Part shown: in pieces, positions 29,442 through 37,401 of the stretch
Position numbering within the stretch: the first letter of the stretch is position 1
How the letters are laid out: each line of letters starts with the position of its first letter
From: a virus
Taxonomy: Duplodnaviria > Caudoviricetes
IMG/VR virus record: IMGVR_UViG_3300018080_005156
Coordinates: 1 to 43,382 of that record
Direction: 5' to 3' (one strand)
Length of the DNA: 43,382 nt
Made by a program: the position numbers and the translations under genes
The notes under the pieces: generated by a model
Seen by the model: only the letters and a program-made list of their open reading frames with translations
What the model was told of the DNA's origin: nothing
The model's database searches: none

Positions 29442-29624
29442 ATGAAAACTCGTCGTTTCGGTTTAGATCTTTATGGTGACGTATTTGTCATCGAAATCAG
29501 GTCTTATCTGTCCAAGCCAACGCGTTATTTCGCAGACGGTCAGGAACTTTTTGAAAAGAATGGCAAGTCGCCAGAGCAACGTATTATTGATGCTTTCCAT
29601 CGCGGCAAGAAAGTCCGAATCTAA
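29442..29624 (+). CDS. Hypothetical protein, first plus-strand gene
   Basis: 60 aa ATG-start ORF followed by a GGGGA/TCCCC hairpin and T-run. Confidence 0.55.
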   Translation: MKTRRFGLDLYGDVFVIEIRSYLSKPTRYFADGQELFEKNGKSPEQRIIDAFHRGKKVRI

Positions 29625-29803
29625 GACCAGGGGGATACTTCCCCCTTTTGGCAACTCATATAGCTCTTAGCTCTCATACACTTTTATACACACATCAGTT
29701 AAATGACACTTGTGTTAATACAAGGCAATCTCATACCAATTGAAGAATTGCCTGGTTGGGATTCAGAATAACATTTACCAACCATTAACCAAAACAATCC
29801 CAT

Positions 29804-29830
29804 GCATCCTTGTAACAGAGGATGCTTTTT
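29804..29830 (+). terminator. Rho-independent terminator
   Basis: GCATCCT-loop-AGGATGC followed by TTTTT. Confidence 0.6.
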
Positions 29831-29878
29831 ATTGAACATCACTATTAACTATTGTATAACCAACAAAATTCAAGTAAA

Positions 29879-30586
29879 ATGAACACAGAAGATGTTGCAA
29901 AAATCGTTGACGCTGTACTAAATCAAAAGAAAAATGTCAGTGCCAACTCTCCAAGCAGTAGTACAGGCAAAGCACCATCCCAAGCTCATGACGTTGTAGC
30001 AGTTGACTTTGCCAAAGCAAAACAACCAGACGGATCAGAACGCCAATTCTGGTCACTACGCTTGGAAAAGAAAAATGCCAAACTTGGTCAACAATCCAGG
30101 CTGTATGGCAAAGCAATCTTTGAAGACACCCACTCAGTGCTCTACACAAAGATCCTGCAAATGTATGACAAACTCAGGGAAAAAGACAATCCCATGGAAG
30201 AACTGGCAAAAACCATCAATCAACAAGGCGGGATTTACGGTTCAGAAAACACAGTCTTCCTGAAAGACCAGCATGGTCAAGACATGTTCTATTGGCCCTG
30301 GGATCGTGAAAATGATCGTCCACTCAGACCTGATCCTGATGATCCCAACAAACCAGCAGAATCAAGCAAAACAAACAAATTGACATTCTTTTTGCTGGAA
30401 GATGAAGACATCCCAACAGCAACAAGGAATGCATTGAGGCGAATCAGTGAACATTTGGTTGACGAAAGCCAATCATTTGAAGGTGCCCAAATCGATGCTG
30501 CATCAGGCGATATACTCGATGATGCCAATGAACCAGACAAATCAGAGAAAAGCAACGAACCACCGGCACCGCCCAAAGTCAAGTAA
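29879..30586 (+). CDS. Hypothetical early protein with acidic/Pro-rich tail
   Basis: Long ORF (ATG 29879 with AAA leader), followed by a terminator. Confidence 0.75.
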   Translation: MNTEDVAKIVDAVLNQKKNVSANSPSSSTGKAPSQAHDVVAVDFAKAKQPDGSERQFWSLRLEKKNAKLGQQSRLYGKAIFEDTHSVLYTKILQMYDKLREKDNPMEELAKTINQQGGIYGSENTVFLKDQHGQDMFYWPWDRENDRPLRPDPDDPNKPAESSKTNKLTFFLLEDEDIPTATRNALRRISEHLVDESQSFEGAQIDAASGDILDDANEPDKSEKSNEPPAPPKVK

Positions 30587-30604
30587 ATACCATAAACCTG
30601 GTCA

Positions 30605-30642
30605 GCAGGGTCGCGGGGCTTAATGCCCTGCCCCTGTTTTTT
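30605..30642 (+). terminator. Rho-independent terminator
   Basis: GCAGGG-TC-GCGGGGC / GCCCTGC-CCCTGT stem followed by a T-run. Confidence 0.7.
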
Positions 30643-30709
30643 CATCAAGGGTTCAAGCGGTATTAAGTCCAGGAATTACAGAACACAAACATTCAAACAT
30701 ACAGTCATC

Positions 30710-31063
30710 ATGAAAGAAAAAATATTGAGGCCTATCATTGTTGATAGCAACGCAGAATTACTTACCGGGAAACTGGGTGTAACTGAAGAAAGGTTTAACA
30801 AAATCCAGGAAATTGTTGATAACCTGGTTGTCAACAAGAGTCATCAGGAATTCTTCAATACAATTGAGGACATAGGGGAAAAGTTTTGTCGGAACCCAAA
30901 TGAAATGACAATTGCTCTTATGCGCCTTGGGGCAATCAGGTCCATGAATGCGGTAATAGGGGGCCTAATTGAAATAGGCAATCCTTTTGTACCCATTGTA
31001 ATGGATATATTTGATGGAACTGGTGTACCCTGGAGAGGAGAAAGCAAACAAGAAAATAGCTAG
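30710..31063 (+). CDS. Hypothetical protein
   Basis: Likely start MKEKIL at 30710; the upstream extension in the ORF track overlaps the terminator. Confidence 0.65.
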   Translation: MKEKILRPIIVDSNAELLTGKLGVTEERFNKIQEIVDNLVVNKSHQEFFNTIEDIGEKFCRNPNEMTIALMRLGAIRSMNAVIGGLIEIGNPFVPIVMDIFDGTGVPWRGESKQENS

Positions 31064-31070
31064 TACAATT

Positions 31071-31206
31071 GCCCTCTTGATGAGATCATGACATCAATGG
31101 AGTTACTACCAATCGGTAATGTAACAACTAGCTTATCTGGGTTACAATTAGGCGATAGTTTCCGCTGCCTGCCTAGTTGTAATTTATGATCAAAAAACAA
31201 AGAGGC
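31071..31206 (+). ncRNA. Putative structured RNA (unknown family)
   Basis: Closing stems CCTCTT/AAGAGG and GATCATGA/TTATGATC; internal long hairpin GGTTACAATTAGGC/GCCTAGTTGTAATT with G-U pairs on the + strand. Confidence 0.5.
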
Positions 31207-31434
31207 TAAGTTATGTATTTATATTGTATATAATAAATACAGCCATTCTAACGAGGAAACATACATCATGAAAGTAAGACCTGGTAAATAGATTACATAA
31301 TTTCCAGACCATAACAGGGAACTGGCTAATGGTCATGTAATAGTACTAGGCTGATCGACAGAGGCACTGCATAAAGCACTGAATGGCGTGTTTTATGTTA
31401 GTGTTTTAATTCAACGTTCTAACAAAAAACAATT

Positions 31435-31884
31435 ATGAGTTGGTCCGATTGTATTACGTCAACAGGGGAAATTTATGACCGATCAATATTACTCAAACAC
31501 ATTAGGGGTCACTGGCGCAATGAAGAATACAAAAAACGGGAGACATTAAAAGTATTCTGCTTAAATATTGAGAATGAATTAATTGGCATGTATTTAGTAC
31601 GTGGTGCTGCTGACACAATAAGGAAACCACCATTAAGTGTGCTACGGGAGACACTTAAATTATTTCTTAGCGATGGTATGGTTAAATTGATAGTTGTACA
31701 TAATCACCCAGTAGGTTGGTTTTGGCCAGAAAGACTGTGTGTTTGGCCGAGTCCGGACGATATACGCTATACAATGCATCTTGCAGAATTATGTATAATA
31801 GCTAAGGTGAAATTAGTAGCAAGTATAATAATAACCGAAAATAAGTCAACTTTCATAAAATATACTGACGATGAAAACATTTAA
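31435..31884 (+). CDS. JAB/MPN domain protein (RadC-like)
   Basis: E...VFCLN..NELIG, IVVHNHP...PSPDD, LVASIII match the RadC/JAB HxH-x-S-x-x-D metal site. Confidence 0.8.
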   Translation: MSWSDCITSTGEIYDRSILLKHIRGHWRNEEYKKRETLKVFCLNIENELIGMYLVRGAADTIRKPPLSVLRETLKLFLSDGMVKLIVVHNHPVGWFWPERLCVWPSPDDIRYTMHLAELCIIAKVKLVASIIITENKSTFIKYTDDENI

Positions 31885-32029
31885 AATACATTGGTATACA
31901 GGCGGTGAGACTGTTGTGCACGGTAATACAATAGGTGAAGCATTGATGTTGGCAGGTTATGGCGGAGGTATTGCACGTGTGATTGATTATTGGGAGGAGG
32001 TAGTCGACGACTGTGAAGATAACAATTAA
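31871..32029 (+). CDS. Small hypothetical phage protein (52 aa, below ORF-track cutoff)
   Basis: MKTFKIHWYTGGETVVHGNTIGEALMLAGYGGGIARVIDYWEE...; fills the gap between neighbours. Confidence 0.6.
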   Translation: MKTFKIHWYTGGETVVHGNTIGEALMLAGYGGGIARVIDYWEEVVDDCEDNN

Positions 32030-32054
32030 AATCAAAAATTAAAACTAAATCAAA

Positions 32055-32447
32055 ATGTGTTTTATAATTTCTCAACGAGTAGAAAAAAAGTATCCACGCA
32101 TAGCTAAGAAACGTATACCTGTATTTAAAATAGTTGAGTGCCGTAATAATAAAATAATCTCCTCAGTTATGAAATACCCTTATACTCGTGGTTTGCAGAA
32201 ACATATAAAAATTCGGCCTCATAATGTGTGTTTTATAAATAGGAGGATTTCTAAAGGTTATCATTCATATAATAGCGATAATGAGGGATTGATACTGCAA
32301 AGAATATCCTTATTCTCTGAAACTTTAGAAAACAACAGAAGAATAGCAAATTGTTGGATACCTAAAGGTACTCTTTATTGGTATAACTCATTTTTAAAAG
32401 AATATGTTTCAGAAAATATTGAAATTGGGAGGGTAAATGATGAATGA
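32055..32447 (+). CDS. Hypothetical phage protein
   Basis: MCF...AKKRIPVFK...GYHSY...CWIPKGTLY...EYVS pattern of a common Bacteroidota-phage family. Confidence 0.7.
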   Translation: MCFIISQRVEKKYPRIAKKRIPVFKIVECRNNKIISSVMKYPYTRGLQKHIKIRPHNVCFINRRISKGYHSYNSDNEGLILQRISLFSETLENNRRIANCWIPKGTLYWYNSFLKEYVSENIEIGRVNDE

Positions 32448-32865
32448 CATAACATTTCGGTACATTTTTTCCATACTTTTTGGTCTTACAATAGTTTTAT
32501 CTTTGATTTTCTTTTTAATACTTTTAAAAAAATTAAAAGAGGCAAAAGAAAATAGTTCGATATATTATTGGGAAGAGCGTCATTCTCCAAAATATAGTTT
32601 AGGAACTATGGTTCCAGCCAGTGGTTACGATAATGAAGAAAACTTTGGCCTTGTTATAGACATAAAATTCCGTCCGGAAGAATCAAGATGGGAAAACATA
32701 AATGGGGCTGATAGCTATGTAATTTATCCTTCAACTTGGATATATAAAGTAGCGTACAAAATTAAAGTCCAACCTTTTACTGATGAACCATATATAAACT
32801 ACTTTGAGGAGCGTGTTCTAGATGATTGGAAAGATAAACTACTTCCATATGATCCACACAAATAA
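32437..32865 (+). CDS. Hypothetical membrane-anchored protein
   Basis: N-terminal TM helix, 142 aa. Confidence 0.65.
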   Translation: MMNDITFRYIFSILFGLTIVLSLIFFLILLKKLKEAKENSSIYYWEERHSPKYSLGTMVPASGYDNEENFGLVIDIKFRPEESRWENINGADSYVIYPSTWIYKVAYKIKVQPFTDEPYINYFEERVLDDWKDKLLPYDPHK

Positions 32866-33022
32866 AATTAAATATTATGTCAGAGGAATTAGGTCAATTT
32901 ATAGTTTTTGGGTTACCGGGTGTAATTATGGTAACTGCTGCAATCATTCTCCTAGCGTATCAAGTTATTAAGGGGAAAGAAGAGGAATAATAGGGTTACT
33001 TAACTAGTCATAAAGTTAAAGT

Positions 33023-33526
33023 ATGAAAAGAGCAATAAATGTTTCATTGCGAATATTGCATATTTACAATGAAAGAGATGGAAAATACAAAGTTGGACAC
33101 TTTGATGCAGTGATACATAACAAGAATCATTCAACAGCAATTAAGTTGTTATTCAAATCAGCAGTGTTGTATATGGTGAAAGTGGATATGAAGGCACTTA
33201 AAGATGGTTCTTGTTCTGTGAGTAAGTCGGACAGGTTCAATGATGAAAGTGTGTTTGAGGAAATTGCTTGGGCGAGTGGATTATCGTCACATATTGGTCC
33301 TCATCATACAGGTAAACTACGTGGTAAAGGGCGCTTTTACATGCCTTATGTACTACGATTTGATACACCAGAAGAAAAGAGTGTATATATGGTTGAATTC
33401 GGTATAAACATTGAAGTACCAATTGGGGTGTTTGGTTTGCGTAAGCGAGTTATAAAACACTCTGATCGTGTGTTTATGTTTGCTGATGGTAAAAAGCAAC
33501 ATCAATTGGGGTATAGAGAACCTTAA
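33023..33526 (+). CDS. Hypothetical protein
   Basis: 167 aa ATG-start ORF on the coding strand. Confidence 0.65.
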   Translation: MKRAINVSLRILHIYNERDGKYKVGHFDAVIHNKNHSTAIKLLFKSAVLYMVKVDMKALKDGSCSVSKSDRFNDESVFEEIAWASGLSSHIGPHHTGKLRGKGRFYMPYVLRFDTPEEKSVYMVEFGINIEVPIGVFGLRKRVIKHSDRVFMFADGKKQHQLGYREP

Positions 33527-33530
33527 AACT

Positions 33531-33788
33531 ATGAAATTACGTGAATTTCTAAGGAGGAAAAATATTTACCGCAGATTCAAACATAACTTCAATGAACAAC
33601 GCTTGCATGGCAGTATGTCATTTCATGAATATTTAGGTATATGGCATGATGATCCGGTAGCCATAAGGCATGCATTTAATTGGGGCGAGTGTTTGAATGA
33701 ATCGGCTGACTTTTGGGCAATGATAGATCAACAATGGCGTGATCATTTGCTGGATGCTGAAGATTATGGTAAGGAAAATATAAGTTAA
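33531..33788 (+). CDS. Hypothetical protein
   Basis: Likely start MKLREFL at 33531; AFNW...FW...W motif. Confidence 0.65.
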   Translation: MKLREFLRRKNIYRRFKHNFNEQRLHGSMSFHEYLGIWHDDPVAIRHAFNWGECLNESADFWAMIDQQWRDHLLDAEDYGKENIS

Positions 33789-33790
33789 TT

Positions 33791-34000
33791 ATGTGTGGTG
33801 AAAATCCTAAAGCACGTATTAACAGGCTAAGAGCTTGTGGACGTAACACAACTTATTTCCCTTGTCTCTCCGCTTGCGAAGTGGAGGCAATTGAACAGGG
33901 TGGATACAAAATATCATTTCAGCAGAGAATGAATGGCACAAACTTCTACACCGGTGTAACCGTACACTTGAAAACCAGTAACAAAGAATTAGTCTTGTAA
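33791..34000 (+). CDS. Hypothetical protein
   Basis: 69 aa ORF 2 nt after the upstream stop. Confidence 0.5.
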   Translation: MCGENPKARINRLRACGRNTTYFPCLSACEVEAIEQGGYKISFQQRMNGTNFYTGVTVHLKTSNKELVL

Positions 34001-34069
34001 AACTGAAATGATATGAAAAGATTCATGATACCAAGAACAGCCCACTGTGACAGTGGCTGCTGACAATAA

Positions 34070-34306
34070 AAAGGGTAACGGAAGTTGCAGCTAACCCTAT
34101 GCTTTGGGGTGTAGTCAAAACTAGAAGGTCGGCCACAGCTAAAGGTACCATGCTGTGGCAAAAAGCACAAACATGCACTAATGCAACCTTGGAATAGTTG
34201 GTAAATAGGTATTTCTACCTAATCGTAAACCCTGCAGAGTTTAATAACTACCAGCTGATAGCCGTAACCTTAAGCTACTTAAATTTGTAGCCGCTTCCGT
34301 CCCTTT
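34070..34306 (+). ncRNA. Putative multibranched structured RNA (unknown family)
   Basis: Ends pair (AAAGGG/CCCTTT, ACGGAAGT/GCTTCCGT); internal stems GCCACAGC/GCTGTGGC, TAGTTGGTA/TACCAGCTG, TAGGTA/TACCTA, GCTAC/GTAGC. Confidence 0.6.
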
Positions 34307-34331
34307 ACAAACACATTAAAATCAGATCAAA

Positions 34332-34895
34332 ATGAAAACAAACAGAGATTTCAAAGCAGGTCAAAGAGTGGTAATATGTCAAGAGGTTAAACCCGTGGCA
34401 GATCGTATAGATTTGCGGTGGATTGAAGGATGGGATACAGCCCTAAACGATTTACCGTTGCACGTTATTGCTACTACGCGGGAAGAACCTATGCTAATGC
34501 TGGACAGAATACAGGTGAGGTTACCCTTTGATGTATCTTCTAAGCACTCATTCGGGGGTCTTTATCAAAAACGTACACTCGTTGTACCAGTGGAATGCAT
34601 AAAGCCATTCAGGGCAAAAAGCAAATCAACGGGTATCAGACCTGAGCAGATTACAGAAGGGTGTAAGGTACGCTTAAAGCGCAAAAAAGGAGGTTTTGGC
34701 GGATGTACGGCAGAAGATTGTACAGTCTGCAAAAACTTGAGTGGACGTGTAGTACGAATCAGAAGAGCATACTACAAACAGGCAGCAGCAATTGGGCTCT
34801 ATTTTGCTGTAACTACTAATGGTCCGCGTGAAATGAACGCAATGAGCGCTATACGTCTAGAAGATATTGATCCAGCTTATGGTGTGAAAGCATGA
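34332..34895 (+). CDS. Hypothetical protein (two SH3/KOW-like units)
   Basis: FKAGQRVVI and ITEGCKVRL starts of small beta barrels; CxxxxCxxC motif. Confidence 0.65.
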   Translation: MKTNRDFKAGQRVVICQEVKPVADRIDLRWIEGWDTALNDLPLHVIATTREEPMLMLDRIQVRLPFDVSSKHSFGGLYQKRTLVVPVECIKPFRAKSKSTGIRPEQITEGCKVRLKRKKGGFGGCTAEDCTVCKNLSGRVVRIRRAYYKQAAAIGLYFAVTTNGPREMNAMSAIRLEDIDPAYGVKA

Positions 34896-35254
34896 ATAAC
34901 AAGGACAACATATCAGCTTGGGTAGGTGCTGTATTAATTGTTATAATACTAGCCCTATTAATATACTTGGGTACTTCATGTGTACCTATGGTGTATGAGG
35001 AAACTCCACATGTCTATTATGGTCGTGCAGATACGATATTTACTATCAATACGGCGACTGGCATGCGCACAATGGTGTATGTGTATGGTGAAGACTATTC
35101 ATTACACCCAAAAATTATTGAAATCGATCACCCTAATCCAGGGATAGAAATTGGGGATGAAGTGATTATACATATGCCATATCACACAAGTTTTGCTTTA
35201 ACAAATCGCAAATATGTCATCATCGGCGGTAAGAAGTTTTATATCATTGAATAA
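34892..35254 (+). CDS. Putative lipoprotein/membrane protein
   Basis: Hydrophobic stretch ending LGTSC (lipobox-like). Confidence 0.6.
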   Translation: MNNKDNISAWVGAVLIVIILALLIYLGTSCVPMVYEETPHVYYGRADTIFTINTATGMRTMVYVYGEDYSLHPKIIEIDHPNPGIEIGDEVIIHMPYHTSFALTNRKYVIIGGKKFYIIE

Positions 35255-35304
35255 CGCGGTAACAAGTATTGTTGGTGAAAGATGACTGATGTGTTTGTGC
35301 CAAC

Positions 35305-35344
35305 AGGGGGTGTGGAACCTGGTCTATACCCCCTTTCTTATTTA
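35305..35344 (+). terminator. Rho-independent terminator
   Basis: AGGGGGTGTGGA / TCTATACCCCCT stem followed by a T-rich tract. Confidence 0.65.
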
Positions 35345-35498
35345 TTAATCCATAAAATCAAATCAAAATGAGTGAATTTTGTGAAGAAATTATAGCAGAA
35401 TTGGCGCTGGGCGAAGAAAAGCCCAAACCCATGTACACGAAACGTGATGCCGCAAGGCCCGTACCGAAAGTTATAGAACAATTCGAGTACGTGTAGTC

Positions 35499-36014
35499 AT
35501 GTTGGCTCATCATTTACTCGTTAGTTTGGGCATAGTAGGCATATTGTTACTCTATCAATATGCTCAAAAGCCCGGTCATCTGCTACATTGGTGGCGTAAG
35601 GTATTCACCAAATACCTACCGAAGTGGTGTGAATTCCTCCGTGATTATATTCGGCACTTTTCAGAAAGATTGTCGGATATTGAGACATTTAAAGTCGACG
35701 ACCTATGGCTTGGCGCTCATACCAGGGCAGGAGCTATACTGTATATTATTATTTGGTATTTATTAATAATACCAATCATAATGATAGGTGGCTTGGTCCT
35801 GTTCACAGCGATATGGTTAACGCTATCTTTTATTTACAGCTTACGTAAAATAATAGCATTGTGTCCATTTTGCCAAGCGCCATGGGTTGCAATACTGATT
35901 TATTTATGTACATCAGAATTTGAACCAATAAGTATGATCATATTTGTTGGATTTACGTTCAATTTGATGTTAATAATCACATCTGTACCACGATTAAAAA
36001 AAGAATTCAAATGA
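35499..36014 (+). CDS. Integral membrane protein
   Basis: Four to five hydrophobic segments, CPFC motif. Confidence 0.7.
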   Translation: MLAHHLLVSLGIVGILLLYQYAQKPGHLLHWWRKVFTKYLPKWCEFLRDYIRHFSERLSDIETFKVDDLWLGAHTRAGAILYIIIWYLLIIPIIMIGGLVLFTAIWLTLSFIYSLRKIIALCPFCQAPWVAILIYLCTSEFEPISMIIFVGFTFNLMLIITSVPRLKKEFK

Positions 36015-36634
36015 AAAAAATAATTCGAATCCTATTGCTGTTTTCATTAGCAATATTTGGGTTAAATCTTTATTCATGTGAGAAAGACACAACTCAATTG
36101 CCAACAGAGGGGGAAGTTTCACTTGCGGCAGATGTATCCATATGGGATATTGACACAGTAAAAATCTACGACTTGTACACGGGAAGTCAACTCAAATTGG
36201 AATCACCAGATAGCACCTTGTTAATCTTGGAGCTATACAAAGACAACGAAATAGCCGAGGCTTTGGTAACAATCACTGGGAAATACAAACGATACTATTT
36301 ACTGACACATAAAATAGATTCAGCAAATTATGGAGGTTATATACAAGCTCAGTATCGCGCATTTGATAACGGTGAGAGAATATGCAAAGCCTTTATATTA
36401 TTTTATTGGTCTCAATATATACCAGATATGCCCAGGATAAGCTTCTTTGCTGATAGCCAGAATGCAATATATTCTTGGAGTGGCGATTTATTACAATCTA
36501 GGTCGTCCACCCGGTTAAAATCGTTAATGTCAAAAACAATAAATTATGGATCCTACTTCAAAACTACGGACGATGACCAAAATAATTGGTTATCAGGACA
36601 AGAGGCAAAGCTTTGTACTAAACTTCGGCTTTAA
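36011..36634 (+). CDS. Putative lipoprotein
   Basis: MKKIIRILLLFSLAIFGLNLYS-C lipobox followed by EKD (Bacteroidota-type acidic export signal). Confidence 0.7.
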   Translation: MKKIIRILLLFSLAIFGLNLYSCEKDTTQLPTEGEVSLAADVSIWDIDTVKIYDLYTGSQLKLESPDSTLLILELYKDNEIAEALVTITGKYKRYYLLTHKIDSANYGGYIQAQYRAFDNGERICKAFILFYWSQYIPDMPRISFFADSQNAIYSWSGDLLQSRSSTRLKSLMSKTINYGSYFKTTDDDQNNWLSGQEAKLCTKLRL

Positions 36635-36805
36635 AGACGAAAGTTCATTCGGTAAACCTATTGAATTTCTTTTGGTAACAAAAGAGGAACTGCATAAGCT
36701 TTTCAATGTCGTACCTGCTGAGAATGGTGGTTACGTGAGCGATCATGCAACAAAATCTATTTCTTGTCACGAGAATAAGGACATTGACTTTGCTACATAA
36801 GAAAT

Positions 36806-36864
36806 TCTTACGTTAGATATATATCGTGCTGTATTGGACCGGGGTTTGACTCCCCGCAGCTCCA
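36806..36864 (+). ncRNA. ssrA: tmRNA acceptor piece (3' half) of a permuted two-piece tmRNA
   Basis: GAC-CGGGG-TTTGACT-CCCCG T-arm, acceptor strand CAGCTCC plus discriminator A; upstream segments complementary to the coding piece. Confidence 0.88.
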
Positions 36865-37101
36865 CATGAAGGTAGTGATGTTGGGTCGTGCCGCGTTGTG
36901 CCCATTGAAACATGCTACTGAAGGGGTTTAGGCCAGAGGCGGCCGTGACTGCCTAGCCCCGTTTTAACATATCTGCCAATTGGTGTAGAGTAACGCCTGG
37001 TTATGCTTAGCCTTGACGATCCATCGGATGTACTGGTGAGGATAGCATAACAAAAGATGCATATGTCGCAGGTTGCAAGACTATGCCCGTTACTTGTTAT
37101 T

Positions 37102-37175
37102 GGTCCCATCGTCTAATGGCTAGGACGCTTTACTCTTGCGAGGAAGAGACAGTGGTTCGAATCCGCTTGGGACTA
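37102..37175 (+). tRNA. tRNA-like gene (Glu-type body, irregular anticodon arm; identity undetermined)
   Basis: Acceptor GGTCCCA/TGGGACT, D-arm GTCT-AATGGCTA-GGAC, T-arm AGTGG-TTCGAAT-CCGCT; anticodon region CTTTACTCTTGCGAGGAAG is 2 nt too long; no encoded CCA. Confidence 0.75.
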
Positions 37176-37181
37176 CTTTAT

Positions 37182-37306
37182 GGGGCTGATGGAATTTTGA
37201 CAGTATAGAATTCGGTATATATTGATGATGCGTAAGATGTGCTAATAACCGGCGATAATGGTTATAACAGGGCCTTAGGCCGCTCATTAGATTGGGCCGC
37301 TTAAGG
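37182..37306 (+). ncRNA. ssrA: tmRNA coding piece (5' half plus tag reading frame GDNGYNRALGRSLDWAA*)
   Basis: 5' GGGGCTGA...GAC, AATAAC-C-GGC resume context at 37251, tag ending AA-TAA at 37304, hairpin CCTTAGGC..GCTCA/TGGGC..GCTTAAGG over the stop codon. Confidence 0.9.
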
Positions 37307-37401
37307 AGGAAGATCAGGTCATGGGGGAACGGGGGACGCTTGACGACCCCTAGGCCCCCGGGCCGCTATCCTTGACACTAGTAATTCAAAATAGTAATGT
37401 C

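Noticed and set aside
36546-36800. 84-aa ORF overlapping the lipoprotein gene
   Set aside because: It overlaps the upstream gene by 60-90 nt and has no recognisable motif; it may be real but cannot be supported
37176-37370. Theta/HDV-like or hammerhead ribozyme next to the tRNA-like gene
   Set aside because: The sequence after the tRNA is explained by the tmRNA coding piece; I could not build a nested double pseudoknot or CUGAUGA/GAAA core by eye, though an Infernal/RNArobo search is still warranted
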